DNA of 64,000 nucleotides, from the NCBI RefSeq assembly GCF_902713615.1, contig NC_052154.1, positions 66,240,621 through 66,304,620 on the forward strand, given 5' to 3'. Below the pieces are notes generated by a model. The model was not told the origin of the DNA, did no database searches, and saw only the letters and a list, made by a program, of their open reading frames with translations. Source of the stretch: Scyliorhinus canicula. Its lineage: Eukaryota. Each line of letters begins with the position of its first letter. The first letter of the stretch is position 1. The position numbers and the translations under genes were made by a program. Below, piece after piece: positions 12,906-26,599 of the stretch.

Positions 12906-13292
12906 CCTCAATTAATGCATTTTTCTCTTGCCTAGTTTGCCCATTGATGGTCTGGTGATGATCATCAATGATCGGTAGAGCACCTTTCCTCCTGTACTCT
13001 AGATTGCTATCTCCGGGTACACTGGACAGAATATCCTATTCCCAAAAAGATCCTCTGAGACCCTCAGATTATAGTGTCTGGTGCCAAGCTCACCCATTCC
13101 ACCTCTGGTTTTCCAAGATAGATTGCTGTGAAACTCAACTTGAATACCCAAGCAAAGGGACCCAGAAATACTAAGGAAGGCGGCCAGTTGCTCTAGCGTT
13201 TTAAAACAAGTCTGATACATTGTTTAGACCAGTGCGAAGCTGGGGAAAAGATCACCCAAAAAACGATGGCTAGAGGACAACTGAGTGTACTT

Positions 13293-14705
13293 AAAATTAG
13301 TTTGGATATTGGGTGGCGAACGTGGTGATGATTCGCAGGTGGGTGACGGAAGGGGAGGGTGACGCATGGAAGAGATTGGAGGTGGCGTCCTGTGTAGGTA
13401 CGAGTTTGGAGGCTTTGGTGACGGCCCCACTTCCACTCCCCCCGGCAAAGTACTCCACGAGTCCGGTGGTGGTTGCGTCCCTTAAAATCTGGGGACAGTG
13501 GAGGCGGCATAGGGGGGAAGTGAAGGCCTCAGTTTGGGCCCCAATACAGGGCAATCACCATTTTGCGCCGGGTAGAACGGGTGGGGGATTTGGGAGTTGG
13601 AACAGGGCAGGGATCAGACAGTTTGGGGACCTCTTCTTGGATAGGAACTTCGCGACTCTGGAGGAGCTGGTGGGGAAGTGACACCTCCCCCCCGGGAACG
13701 CTTTTAGGTATATGCAGGTCAGGGCATTTGTTAAGAGGCAGGTGGCGGAGTTTCCGCGGCTGCCACCAAGGGGGTTGCAGGATAGGGTGCTTTCGGGGAC
13801 GTGGGTCGGTGAAGGAAAAGTCTTGGCTATTTACCAACTGATGCAGGAGGAGGAGGCGGCCTCAGTAGAAGAGCTCAAAGCGAAGTGGGAGGAAGAGCTA
13901 GGGGAAGAGACTGAAGATGGAACGTGGTCGGACGCCCTGGAGAGGGTGAATTCCTCCTCCTCTTGCGCACGGCTCAGCCTAATTCAGCTGAAGGTGCTGC
14001 ACAGGGCTCACATGACAGGGGCAAGGATGAGCCGGTTCTTCGGAGGGGAAGACAGGTATGGGAGGTGTTTGGGAGGCCCGGCGAACCACACCCATATGTT
14101 CTGGGCTTGTCCGGCCTTGGAGAGGTTTTGGAAGGGGGTGGCGGGGACTTTGTCGGAAGTGGTCGGGTCTAGGGTCAAGCCGGGCTGGGGGCTCGCGATC
14201 TTTGGGGTAGCTTCGGAGCCGGGAGTGCAGGAGGCGAGAGAGGCCGGCATTCTGGCCTTTGCGTCTCTAGTAGCCCGGCGCAGGATTCTGTTACAGTGGA
14301 GAGATACGTGGCCCCCGAGTTCGGAGGCCTGGATCAACGACATGGCTGGGTTCATCAAGTTGGAGAGGATGAAGTTTGCCCTGAGGGGGTCGGTACAGGG
14401 GTTCTTTCGGCGGTGGCAGCCCTTTCTCGACTTCCTGGCGAAGGGGTAGAGAGTGGTCGGTCTCAGCAGCAACTTGGGGGGCGGGGGCGGGGGGGGGGGG
14501 GTTTGGGGATGGTTAGGGGGTTTGTTCTTGCGGCGGTGGGTTTGCTATGTTGTTATTTACTTCTTTCTTGTATTGCTGTTGGTTTTTTGTTGTTATTTAT
14601 TTTGGGGGGGGTGAGTTCTTTTCTTGTGTTGGTGTGGAAACACGCCTTGTTTGTTTTAAATTGTGGGGAGAAAATTTGTTATTGAAAAACTTGAATAAAA
14701 ATTAT
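13293..14705 (+). mobile_element. L1/Tx1-clade LINE, 5'-truncated ORF2 C-terminus and 3' UTR
   Basis: 245-aa ORF 13712-14449 with LIQLKVLHRAH and HMFWACP (L1 C-terminal Cys-rich region), G/T-rich UTR and terminal AATAAAA. Confidence 0.85.
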
Positions 14706-14751
14706 TTTTTTTAAATTTGATGTACAATATTTATCCATCTTCTATCTATCA

Positions 14752-15070
14752 CTGGCACAGAGGTTAGCACTGCTGCCTCACAGCTCCAGGGACCCAGTTA
14801 CAATTCTGGCCTCGGGTAACTGTGTGTGTGCAGTTTGCACGTTCTCCCTGTGTCTGTGTGGGTTTCCTCCGGGTGCTCCGGTTTCCTCCCACAGTCCAAA
14901 GATGTGCTGGTTAGGTGGATTGGCCATGATAAATTGCCCTTAGTGTCCAAAAGGTTAGGTAGGGTTACAGGGTTGGGGTGGAGGTGTGGGTGGGGTAGAG
15001 TGCTCTTTCCAAGGGCAGCTGCAGACTCGATGGACCGAATGGCCACCTTCTGCAATGCAGGCATTCTGTG
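14752..15070 (+). mobile_element. tRNA-derived V-SINE with CR1-like tail
   Basis: TGGCACAG..TTAGCACTGCTGCCTCACAG head, GGGTTTCCTCCGGGTGCTCCGG core, GACCGAATGGCC tail. Further copies on - at ~230-490, 15590-15790, 26262-26430, 55810-56115, 57842-58140, and on + at 24289-24500 and 25118-25330. Confidence 0.88.
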
Positions 15071-16160
15071 ATTTGTCCCTCTGTATTTAGGAATTCATTT
15101 TTGTTTTCAAGTCAATACAGCATTGTGATTTCATTCCCTCTCCTTCCAAATATTGTGACATTTGACTGCCATCTATAGACTAAGGGCCAAATTTTGTCCT
15201 GTTTCCACCCCCCCCCCCCCCCCCCTCCTCCTCGCCAGAATGTGTTTTCTGAGGGCGGAGGCAGCTCCCATTTGCTGCCGACGGGAACTTTAGGGGGTCC
15301 TGCTGATGCCTACAGCATTTTGCATGGGTCGCCCAACCCCCCTCGCCAGGTAACCCATCACGAGGTGAGTTGCCTTCGGGGGGACCAGTAGATCCCGCAA
15401 ACGAGATGGGTTGCCAAATCCTACCCTAAACATTACCAAATAAATGGAATAGATATAGGAAACGCTGGACTTACTCATGGCTTCTGGAGAGAGGGAAACG
15501 AAATGAACATTTCAGATCAATGGCCTCCAGTCAGAACAAAGGGTCATCAGAGCTGTTGAATACTTCCTCGGCATTTTCAGGTTTTTTTTATTTTTCCAAT
15601 TAAGGGGCAATTTAGTGTGGCCAATTCACCTACCCTGCACATCTTTGGGCTGTGGGGGGGGGGGGGGGGGGGGGGGGGACGCACGCAGACATGGGGAGAA
15701 TGTGCAGACTCCACACAGACAGTGACCCAGAGCCAGGACTGAACCCGGGCCCTCGGCGCCGTGAGACAGTAGTGCTAACCACTGTGCCGCCAAGCCATCG
15801 CGCATTTTCTGTTTTTATGTCGGGACTGGAGGTCCAGTCCCCCAGCCGTGTGTTTCTTGGCAGCAAGTCATTCGCTGGTGACATTCGCTGCTTGTCAATC
15901 GGATTTCCATTGAAGCCACCCCACACCAGCCTGTGGGCGAATGTGCACTGCCAGCGGGAAAAGAGAATCCCAACGGCTGGAGAATTCCGGCTCATGTATC
16001 CAGCTGTCACAACATTCTGCTTTTGTATCAAGTAAATTCAGCCTGGATTATTTTTTCCGTCATTAGGCTAAATGGGAATATCATAATTAATCATTCCCAT
16101 TAAATTGCATTTGAGTTTTTGCAATAGAATTAGCACAGACGACAACATTAATCCTCCAAT

Positions 16161-16294
16161 AAATTAACAGTAAAATACTGAGTTGCTATAAATCTGAAAT
16201 AAAAACAGAAAATGCTAGAAAATCTCAGCAGGTCAGGCAGCATTTGTGGAGTTAACAGAGTTAACGTTTCGAGTCCATATGACTCTTCTTCAAA
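16161..16294 (-). mobile_element. Short Penelope-derived retroelement with degenerate hammerhead motif
   Basis: Flanked by 14-bp direct repeat ATTAATCCTCCAAT (16147-16160, 16295-16308). Minus strand reads TTGAAGA-AGAGTCATATGGACTC-GAAACGTT. Related pieces at ~15480-15580, ~34018-34048 and ~35180-35310. Confidence 0.65.
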
Positions 16295-16496
16295 ATTAAT
16301 CCTCCAATCATTTACAGCCCAGGGGAGTCCACACTGAATAAAATAAAAGAAACAAAGTTTTTATTTACAGCACTATATATACACAGCACAGTAGATCCCT
16401 ATCGGGTCCTTTTTGGTTGGTGCCTCCCTGGCCGACCTTTTATACAGAGGTCAATAGAGATCTCCCGCCCCTTGCAGGGAAGCTTGTACTCCACAA

Positions 16497-17032
16497 CAGT
16501 GTTTTTCAAACTTTTTTTCCGGGGACCCATTTTTACCAACCGGCTAACCTTTGGATCCAACCCACCGACCTTCACGACCCACGCCAGCCGACCTTCACGA
16601 CCCACGCCGGCTGACCTGCGCGACCCACGCCGGCCGACCTGCTTGACCCACCATTTTCTCTTTCCTTGTTTGTTGCTGACAAAAATGGAGGAAGTGGTTT
16701 TGGGTCCCTTTGGGCCCAGTGGTCCCTTTGGCCCCCAACTTGTAAAAAAATGACTGCGACCACATAAAAAAGAAATGCGGCTGCACTGCGCATGCGTGCC
16801 CGATCATCGCATTTTGCGCATGCGCACTGATGACCGTTCACGCATGCGCAGTGCGGCTGCATTTTTTTCTATCTGTTCCTATTTTGAAGGTGACTCGCAG
16901 CCAGCGTTATTAAAAGCCGGCTCTTGCACGTGGATTTGCGCAATCGGGAGCACCGCGACGGACGGCTCCCCGAACCTCCCGACACCCGCCCGTGACCCAC
17001 CCGCGCCAAGTCCCCGAATTTGACAATGCCTG
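16497..17032. mobile_element. hAT-type non-autonomous DNA transposon (MITE)
   Basis: Imperfect TIRs CAGTGTTTTTCAAA / TTTGACAATGCCTG and a perfect 8-bp TSD CTCCACAA (16489-16496, 17033-17040). Internal GACCCACGCC repeats. Sits inside an LTR-like sequence (~16320-17095, minus). Confidence 0.85.
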
Positions 17033-18799
17033 CTCCACAAGACCCATGGGGAAGATAATCATTCCCACTCCATAGGCCCCGCGCGGGTTATTACAGAAAC
17101 CATATCCAGGCAAGCACAACCTTGGGCTGTCCCAAGGAAAGGAGGACTTTTTTCTTTAGGGTTTGAGGGAGGACTGGATGCTTAGATATTCTTTGTGTTA
17201 CCTCAGATGTTTCTCGGAAGACACAAAGAACCTCATTTATTTGAAAGTATCTTCAGTGATGTATTTTTTGCATATGAACCTACATTTGGAAGTCAGGCGT
17301 TAGAGTTCCCTTGGAGTAGAATTGGACACACTTGCGAGTCCCCTGCAAAATATTTGCAACCTTATGGTGTTAGTCAGGCTCTATATCAACATTTTATTTG
17401 CTCTTTAACTGTTTGGTGAAGTTAACCATTGTATTTTGACTTATTTATGCTATGTTGTATTTTCTTAAATATGGGGAAGAATTTTAAGTTCCCCTGCTGC
17501 TGGGTTTGTAGGCGGGGAGTGAGGGGCGAGCGCTTGCCACCCTGAAAATTCAGACCCAAGTCTTGTTTATGTTACACATAAAAATACAAAGGATGGCAAA
17601 ACAGATAGTAAAACTTACAAAGATGGAGCTTCAGAAGAAACTTGCAACAGATATCAAATCAAACAACATTTTTACCATTGTGTGTGTGGTGGGTGGGGGG
17701 GGGGGGGGTGAATGGCATTCAGGATCAATGTGGGCCACTTAAAAACTGATAATAGGGATACTGTCAATGAAAAGAAGGAAATAGTGGATAGGCTGAATAA
17801 TTACTCAACTGTACTGCCTGAAAGTGGCCGAAACTTAATAACTTCCGAATGGGAATTTGATAAATACTTGAAAAAGGAAAATTTGCAGGGTTATGGGAAA
17901 AGAGCAGGGAATGAGATTGATTAAGTGGCACCACCAAAGAGTCAGCACAGGCCTGATTGGCCGAATGGCCTCTTTCTGTCATTTTATGATTTTACATCTA
18001 ATGTATGCTTGAGTCTGATACAATGTGTTCAAAAGTATGGAATGTTTTAGGCTGAACCACTCACATTCACCATCATTCTTACAAGAAATACTTTTTCAAA
18101 TGCATAAACCGTCTATATTTGGGCGCAGATGGAATTTGCTGCCTTTGTTGAAAGATGTCTGAGACATTCAGCAATTAATTTCAGTTCTGGTCAGTATGAG
18201 CTGCAATGAAACCTAGGCCAAATCAAACTGGATGGACAGTTGGTCCAATAGGATACGGTTTACCTTATTGAATGACTTTGGTTCCATTAGCTTTCCTTTC
18301 TCAACAAAAATATTTTGACAAATCAGGAAAATGTATTCTTTTATTATCTCTCAAGCCCTAAGCAATTTATTTAATTTCCTGAGCAAATCAGCATAGAGAC
18401 AACAACCTAACATTGGTTTAATAATCTCCACATGTTTTCCCTTCACAATAATTTAGAGCCAGAAATCTCTATTCGTTCCTGAGTTTATTTTTCTGTTATA
18501 CTTTCAAATTAGGGCCTTCCATCCACAGCCAATTTAGCAAGAAGGTCAAGATAATTTGTTGTGTCAAGGACTGTACATTATACATTAGGGCTTAATTTTA
18601 CAAAATGTTCGGAAACGTACTTACCGGAACAACTGATTTGGTGTTGACATACCAACCATCTATGATTCAAAGATGCAGGAACAAAACATTCTGGGGCTGA
18701 ATTGCCAAATAAGGTTTTCCTTTCTCTCCCTGAATTCACTAAAATATAGTTAAATTATTTATCTGTAGCCAGTCTGATCCGAAAACCGTTCATTTATTC

Positions 18800-19560
18800 A
18801 TTCATCTTCCCTCTCCTCACATTTGAAGATGCTGATCCAGATTAGGTCTTCTTTTCTGAGGCAGTCCCTTGGGAATGAAGGTAACTTGCTTCCACTCCTG
18901 TTTGGTGCATTCGGAAACGGCTGATAAGTTCAGTGCGCGATCTGCAGCGTCTGCCACATACGGGACAGGTGGTGTTTGAAGGGTCAGGTAGATGAGGTTT
19001 TTTGGAAGGTTGTGCGCTCTTTCCAATGCATTGGCTTTGCCTCTTTGTGGTCCCAATAAAGTCTCGTGATGTGTTCGGTACCATCCTTAATGAACCTTCG
19101 CCACTTTGGTCAGTCACAGGTCAAAGTTCTTTCGTGGGTCAGAAGGGATGTTTGTCCTTTTCACGGATGCTTTGAGGGCATCTCTAAAGTGTTTCCACTA
19201 TCCTCCTGGGAGTCTCCTGCCACAACCAAGTTCTGAGTGCAACAGTTTCTTTGGAAATCTAGTGTCAGGCACATAAATTACATCTGCCATCCAGCAAAGC
19301 TGGTTTTGAATGGTTAGCTCCTCAATCCTGAGCATACTGGCTTGGGAGGTGATGCTGCAATTGGATCCTGTTTCTTGCTGCCAGATTTGGAGGATCTTGC
19401 GAAGACACCACTGGCAATACTTCTCCAGTGCTTTGAGGCACCTGCTGCAGGCTGTCCAAGTGACTGAAGCAGAGAGAAGCATGGGGATCACTGCTGCCCA
19501 GTAAACCACAACCTTAGTCAGATCAGGTATGGAGCCAAAAACAACACAATTCCTCCAGTA
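18800..19560 (-). mobile_element. RTE-clade LINE 3' fragment
   Basis: Degenerate LEKYCQWCLRKILQI..PDTRFPKKLLHSEL..GRRLPGG and terminal CPVCGRRC..H motif. Confidence 0.7.
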
Positions 19561-19805
19561 TAATGGTGAAATAATTATTCTTAAGCTATGAGCCTCGACA
19601 GTAAGTGTTGGTAAGCTACTCAACCATGCAGTGCATCACAGTTCAGCCTCCTCGTCAGTGATGACAATATGATGGATGTTTCCGAAGATATTTGGTCAAA
19701 TGCCCCTAGCATGAGAACTGTGAATACCTCTGTAGAGAAAAGAACCCCTCAACCACAATTTAAAATTACAACATTAATAGGGAGTGAGGGATAGTAATAG
19801 TCATT

Positions 19806-21147
19806 GGGCACGATTCTCCAGCCGCGATGCGCTCATGTGAGAGCACAACACGACTGGACAATCCCGGGAGAGGCCTGCAGCGAGCTTCCCAACAGGCTCC
19901 GTGCCTCGCGAGATTCACCGGAGTCTCGCGAGATGTCGGAGTCGGAACCCCGCCCTAAATGGTCAGGACTGAATGACGCTCGTAGAAGTAGGACGTAAAC
20001 CTATTTACTAACTAACTGCATAGGGTCCACCAGCCTCCTTCGATTCTGCAGCCGGTGCCAATCAGTGATGGTCCACACAAACATGGACCAGGTGGAACAG
20101 TATCCGGGGGATTTCCCAGGCCATTGGAGATCCCTTGGTGGTCAGGGTAAGTGCAGGGTGGCTCCCTGGCCCTAGCCTGGAACATGAGCACCTTGGCATT
20201 GCCCAGTTGGCACCTTGGCACTGCTATCCTCGCACTGCCAAGGTGCCCAGATGGCACTGCCACGCTGGCAGGGGCACTGCTTGGGTTCCAGGGTGGCAGT
20301 GCAAGGGTGCCCAAGTGCCAGGATGATACTGCCAAGGGTCAGGGGTTGAGGGGGGGCCATGGCATGAAACAAGGGTGGAGGGAAGGTTTGAAGGATGGGG
20401 AAGTGCAGAGCAGGTAGGTAGGGGCCTCCAGGAGGTTGGGGGGGGGGGGGGGGTGATGGGTGGGGGTGCTAGAAGGAAGGGAGTACTGTAAGGGGGCTTG
20501 GGGAGGCCTGAAGAGGGGGCACCCCTAGGGACCCATAGCGGGGTGTCTTCACTTGAGAATAGGTGTGGGGTAATGTCCATCTGTGTGTGTGTGGGGGGGT
20601 GGTGATATTGCCCTTAAGTGGGGGACCCACAAGCTCACTTAGAGATTGGGTCACCCTTTCAAAATGACGGCCCGATCTCTGAGTTCAGTTCCCCAGTGCT
20701 AAAAAAAATTTGAAGTGTGGGCTAAACCGGTGAGAAACTCCCAGGGCCCAAATAAATCTCTTAGTGTCATTGAATAGCGGTGGGGAAGTTGCTGGCAGAG
20801 CTGGCATGAAACTCTCTGAAAGACCTGCTGTCATGTTCTATTGACTGGCTGAAGTGAATGGTGAACTGCAGAACATGTAGTTTAAAATAATTTATTATAG
20901 AACAACTGCGTGATAAGATAACTGGGATAAATTAAATAATGAACAACTAACACTAACAACTATTGAGAAACTACATCTATCTCCCAGCATGACCTACTCC
21001 CAACTCCCAGATCACAGGGTCACATGATGGGTTCACAATGCCACCTAGTGGTCAGAGGCCATGCATAACATTATATACAAACTTGCTTATGTATATCATC
21101 ACACCCGCCACAAATTAACTTAGAAATTCTTTGGGAGAATCACGCTC
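19806..21147. mobile_element. GC-rich Harbinger-like MITE
   Basis: TIRs GGGCACGATTCTCC / GGAGAATCACGCTC with ATT on both flanks. Internal GGCA(C)TGCC repeats. Confidence 0.65.
20829..21102 (-). mobile_element. Probable solo LTR nested in a Harbinger-like MITE
   Basis: TGTCATG..CATCACA termini, flanks CCTGC/CCCGC, minus-strand AATAAA ~20890, AT-rich block interrupting a GC-rich element. Confidence 0.6.
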
Positions 21148-23889
21148 ATTATTTGAAATTCACAGAACAACGCAAAGATGGCAGTAACTTTGGTTGAAAG
21201 CAATCTATCTACAATTGTGCAGAGTGATTCAGAGCATTTAGCTCACGTGGAGCACAAATACAGCATGGACCAATTGGGCTGAATGGCCTATTGTTGCTCT
21301 AGTTTCTATGTAATGCTAAGTAATTCTATGCTGTTTTATTCAATATTATATTTGAGTGACTGATTTCTGGAGAATGAATTAAGGTACCCTTATTAATATG
21401 GGAGCCTTGTGGCATTTTCAGACTGAATTTGATGATTATGCCCATGTTTCAGTGAAAAATGTAAACCTTGAATACTGTATGTTGTTAATATTCATTTATT
21501 TTCATTTTACCCTTTGTTACAGTCCAGGATATGGAAAATGATAGGAGAGAAAATCCTCCAGGTTGCAGGGAGATAATGGTTCTGCTACCTGGGGAAGAAG
21601 CATGCTGCTGTATGGTTGTGTTGGAAGAGTGGCCTTGGTATGTAATGGCAATGGCACAGTGATGAAAGGTTGTGGGAGCAGCGGATAGAGTATTTCCTTG
21701 ATTTGCGGATAAAGGGCGTATTGGCGTGTGACAAGAATGGAGAGTTGCTCGGTCCATAATCTTTGGAGAGGTGGATCCTTCAGTGTGGAAGTAGTGGAGA
21801 GGCAGGAGAGGGGTGGTGGGGATAGGCTCTAAGATACATCATGACTGCTTCAGAGTATGGTGGTGGTGGGATGGGCTTTCAAGTTGTGGTAGTTCTTGGA
21901 CAATAGCACTGAATTGTGAAATCTAGGATTATCAGCAAGGAAACCCTGAGTGAAGAGGTTACTTGTCAGACTAATGGAGTTAAAAGATCCAGGAGAACTA
22001 GAAAGGACCCTACAAGATTTGAGAGCATTGAGACAGGGATAGCAGAGCCTGGAAGGTGTTGGGGGAGAACTTTGCCAGCACTAAAATGGATGCTGCTGTG
22101 TGTTAGTTTTGGGAGAGAAACCTTGGTGAAAGATTGTGAGAGCAGTGGATAGAGGAGTTCCTTGATTTCGAGGTAAAGGAAGGCAGCTTCTTAATAATGA
22201 GAACAATGGGAAGGAGGTGTGATGCTGCTAATGAAAAAGCATGAAGTTAAGGGTTTTTACAGGGTGGATCAGCAATGGGAAGTGAAGAAAAAAATTACTT
22301 GGGTTTTTAATGTAAGTCACACAACATAGATCTCCATTTAACCGAGGCAAACATAGATCTACTGAACTCTGAACACCAATTTGGAATGAGCATGTAACAA
22401 ATGAAGATGCTTTATTCACAAAATATTGTTTGAATTATCCATGGTTCTCAGCAACAACTCTTTCTGTTTACCAAGAGTTGACCTCGATAATAGTAAACCC
22501 CATTTTTTTGTATTTTCCCCACCTTAACTTTAAATGGAAATGCCACACTCTGAGTGTGTGCAATGTCTATAGTTTCCCACCCTGTACCATTTGACTTTTC
22601 TCACTGGCGTTTACCCAGAAGTTCTGACTTTGTTTCAGTTCACTGATGCCAAAGCAGAATTGAAGAATGAGATTTATTTATTTCCCATCAGATACTATTT
22701 ACCTGACAATGATAATCCATTGTTAAATTGAGCTCACATTTACCAGAGTCAAGGGAATAATGTTCACCCCATTTTAGCTTCTACTTTTTACTTTGTGCTG
22801 ATCCACCAAAGGAGGACGAGGGAGTTAAAACTTGGCGATACTGGCATCACTCAGGGCAGCAGCCCATACCCAATCTCCAGCTTTACCCTGCATAGCACAA
22901 CATCCAGTGGAACGTCAACCCCGTGAGGAACATCCGACCTGAGACAAGGGCTATTTCAGACCCATGAACCTTTCGTACAACCAGAACGGACAATCATCTC
23001 CTAGCTCTCAGTCAATGTCTAAAAGCACAAAAGCCCAAAAGCCCATCAGAACTGCTTGCTCTTGAGAAGCCCTGACTGTGGGTGGCGGATGAGGGGGGTG
23101 CAGTCAGTGGGTGCCAACCTGCCAACAACCTGCCTGAGAAAGAGACAGTACAGTAAAAACAAAGCAACACAAAATATTTGTTGCCCTGCATTTTAACTAC
23201 TATCACCTACATATAAATTGCTTAAATAGTTACCTTTCTCTTTATATAAATGTTTTCACACATTTAGGATAGACTGGAAGTTCTGCTTAATTTGGTGTCT
23301 AGTTTTGAATTTTGGATAGCGAAGTCCACAGCAGCAGTCAAATGTTGCATATCGAGATGAGTAAAAATTGTACTGAAAGTAAACGGTATCAGGCTGGTGA
23401 TTGCTGCTGACATCAAGAGCATGGTACATTTGCTATATTAAAGGGAAATCAATACATAAGGTAAAACAGATTTTAGCAAATGTACCAGACCCTCAACATT
23501 TTGTATAGTAGGTTTTAAAATGACTTTAAATGATAGCAGCGAAGTACATTTCAGGTCCTCTCTAATTAAGTGCCTTCTTACTTATTCGTATTGAGCGGGA
23601 AAAATAATTGCCTCAGTTATAAATGTCAGAGCAAACAAACTCCCCTTTTCAGTCCTAAATGGATTTCTGATCATTTTCAATTTAAACACTTTGGTTTAGC
23701 TGAAAGCTCCAGGAAACAGATTTACATTCACCTTTCCAACCTTTGTTCCACTGACTTCAAAAATGTGTTTGTCTTCAATTTCGATGCACTGCATTCATTC
23801 TTCCATTTGTCATCTCAGCTACAAATAACTGCTGTTACTTGGGTGGCAATAGTGAAGTACCCATATCAATTACAATAACATGAAGCGAA

Positions 23890-24104
23890 GGCAGCACACT
23901 GGCACAGTGGGTTAGCCCTGCTGCCTCATGGCGCAGTGGTCCCAGGTTCGATCCCGGCTCTGGGTCACTGTCCATGTGGAGTTTGCACATTCTCCCCGTG
24001 TCTGCGTGGGTTTCGCCCCCAAGAATGTGCAGGATAGGTGGATTGGCCACGCTAAACTGCCCTTTAATTGGAAAAAATAAATTGGGTTCACTAAATTTAA
24101 AAAA
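23890..24104 (+). mobile_element. tRNA-derived V-SINE
   Basis: Same A/B boxes and core; TSD AATAACATGAAGC (23874-23886, 24105-24117). Confidence 0.9.
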
Positions 24105-24129
24105 AATAACATGAAGCTAATGCAGTGTA

Positions 24130-26195
24130 TTCTTTTATTTCTTCAGGCTGGGAAGCTGCACATGCACAGTTTGATTTTTTATTTCTTCAGACCGGGAATG
24201 GGGCCTACGCACAGGCACAGTTTGACTTTTCATATCTTCAGGCCGGGAACTGGGCCTGCGCACATGCTCAGTTTATTTTGTTATTTCTAGGGCAGCGTGG
24301 TGGTGCAGTGGTTAGCACTGTTCCCTCACGGTTCAGCAGACACGGGTTCGATCCTGGCCCCGGGTCACTGTTCATGTGTAGTTTGCACATGCTCCCTGTG
24401 TCTGGATGGGTCTCACCCTCACAACCCAAAAAGAAGTGCAGGGTAGGTGAATTGGTCACGTTAAATTGCCCCTTATTGGAAAAAAAGAATTGGGTACGTT
24501 AATACCTCTTAAATCTTTTTATTTCTTCAGGCTGAGAACCGGGCCTGCGTACATGCATAGTTTAATTTTGTATATCTTCATACTGGGTACCAGGCCTGCG
24601 CACATGCAGAATCTGATTTTTTATTTCTTCAGGCTTAGAAACTGGCCTGCACACATGCACAGTTTGATTTTTTATATCTTCAGGCAGGGAATCGGCCTGC
24701 ACACATGCACAGTTTGATTTTTTATTGCTTCAGACTGGGTACCGGGCTTCGCACCTGCAGAGTTTGATTTTTTTTATATCTTCAGGCAGGGAATCGGCCT
24801 GCACACATGCACAGTTTGATTTTTTATTGCTTCAGACTGGGTACCGGGCTTCGCACCTGCAGAGTTTGATTTTTTTTATATCTTCAGGCAGGGAATCGGC
24901 CTGCACACATGCACAGTTTGATTTTTTAATCCTTCAGACCAAGAATGGGGCATGTGCACATGCACAGTTCGATTTTTCATTTCCTCAGAATCGAAACCGG
25001 GCCTACGTACATGCAAAGATTGGGAACTGGGCTTGCGCACCCGCACAGTTTGATTTTTCATTTCTTCAGGCCTGGAATTGGGCCTGCGCGCATGCTCAGT
25101 TTGTTTTGTTATTCCTAGGGCTGCACGGTGCTGCAGTGGTTAGCACTGTTGCTTCACGGTGCAGAGGACAGGGGTTCGGTCCTGGCCTCAGGTCACTGTC
25201 CATGTGTTGTTTGCACATGCTCCCTGTGTCTGCATGGGTCTCACCCTCACAACCCAAAAAGAAATGCAGGGTAGGTGAATTGGGCACATTAAATTGCCCC
25301 TTAATTTGAAAAAAGAATTGGGTGCACTACTACTACTTAAATCTTTTTATTTCTTCAGGCTACGAACCAGGCCTGCGCACATGCACAGTTTGATTTTATA
25401 TTGCTTCAGACTGGGAACCAGGCCTGCGCACCTGAGCAGTTTGATTTTATATTGCTTCAGACTGGGAACCAGGCCTGCGCACCTGAGCAGTTTGAATTTT
25501 TATTTCTTCAAACGGAAACCGGGCCTGCATACATGCACAATTTGATTTTTTATTTCTTCAGGCTGGGAACCGGGACTGCGCACATGCACAGCTTGAATTT
25601 TATTCATCTGACTGGGAATGGGACCTGTGCCCATGCACTGTTTGATTTTTATTTATTCAGGCCAGGAAACAGGCCTGCACACAAGCTCAATTACATTTTT
25701 TATTTCTTCAGCCCGGAAACCGGGCCTGCGCACATGCACAGTTTGATTATTTATTTCTGCAGACGGGGAACCGGGCATGTGCACTGTAGTGATCCTCGCC
25801 TGAGTATACAGAAGGGGCTGATGGGAAATGGAAGTACCACCAGGGGGCAGCACGGGGACATATAAGAGTGACGCCGAAAGCCCGCCCTCGCTCACTGTGG
25901 CTGGAGAGACGGCGGAGCACGACAGGGACGGAAGCTGAGCTCAGGGCTGTGAGTGTGGTCAGGCCTAGTTGCAGAGCATAGAAAAGCAGTACCTTTACAA
26001 GTGCTATTCTGTAAGTAAAAAGCTAACAAAGTCATTTATTGTGGAGCACAATAAACAATCCTTCAACTGCTGAACGACTTCTAGCATTCATTTAAGAAAC
26101 ATTACATACACCTGCTCAGTTTGATTTTTTAATTTCTTCAGGCCGGGAAACCGGGCCTGTGCACTTGCTCAGTTTGATTTTTTCAGTCTGGGAAC
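24130..26195 (+). repeat. ~50-bp degenerate minisatellite
   Basis: Recurrent TTTGATTTTTTATTTCTTCAGGCTGGGAACCGGGCCTGCGCACATGCACAG units, interrupted by two SINE copies and a solo LTR. Confidence 0.9.
25785..26106 (+). mobile_element. Solo LTR inserted in a minisatellite
   Basis: TGTAGTG..CATTACA termini, TATAAG at 25861, AATAAA ~26049, flanks TGCAC/TACAC (5-bp TSD, one mismatch). Confidence 0.75.
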
Positions 26196-26599
26196 CTGTA
26201 ATAAGTCCGAGGAGGCAGAAGTCCCATCACCAGAATTCCTTATTTACAAAACCAACAGCTGAACACCTAACCCGCACATCTTTGGACTGTGGGAGGAAAC
26301 CGGAGCACCCGGAGGAAACCCACGCACACAGGGGGAGGACGTGCAGACTCCACACAGACAGTGACCCAGCCGGGAATCGAACCTGGGACCCTGGAGCTGT
26401 GAAGCATTTATGCTAACCACCATGCTACCCTGAAAAGTAGAGATAAAGAGGGCTAAAGGCAGGATGCCGCCGGGGGAAGCGCTGAGGTATATGCCGCATG
26501 CTAATTGGTTACAACCGGGACTATTAATACTATGCGGCCCTTTAAAATTGTGAATTTCTGAATGTGGCCCTTGCACGGAAAAGTTTGCCCACCCCTGGT

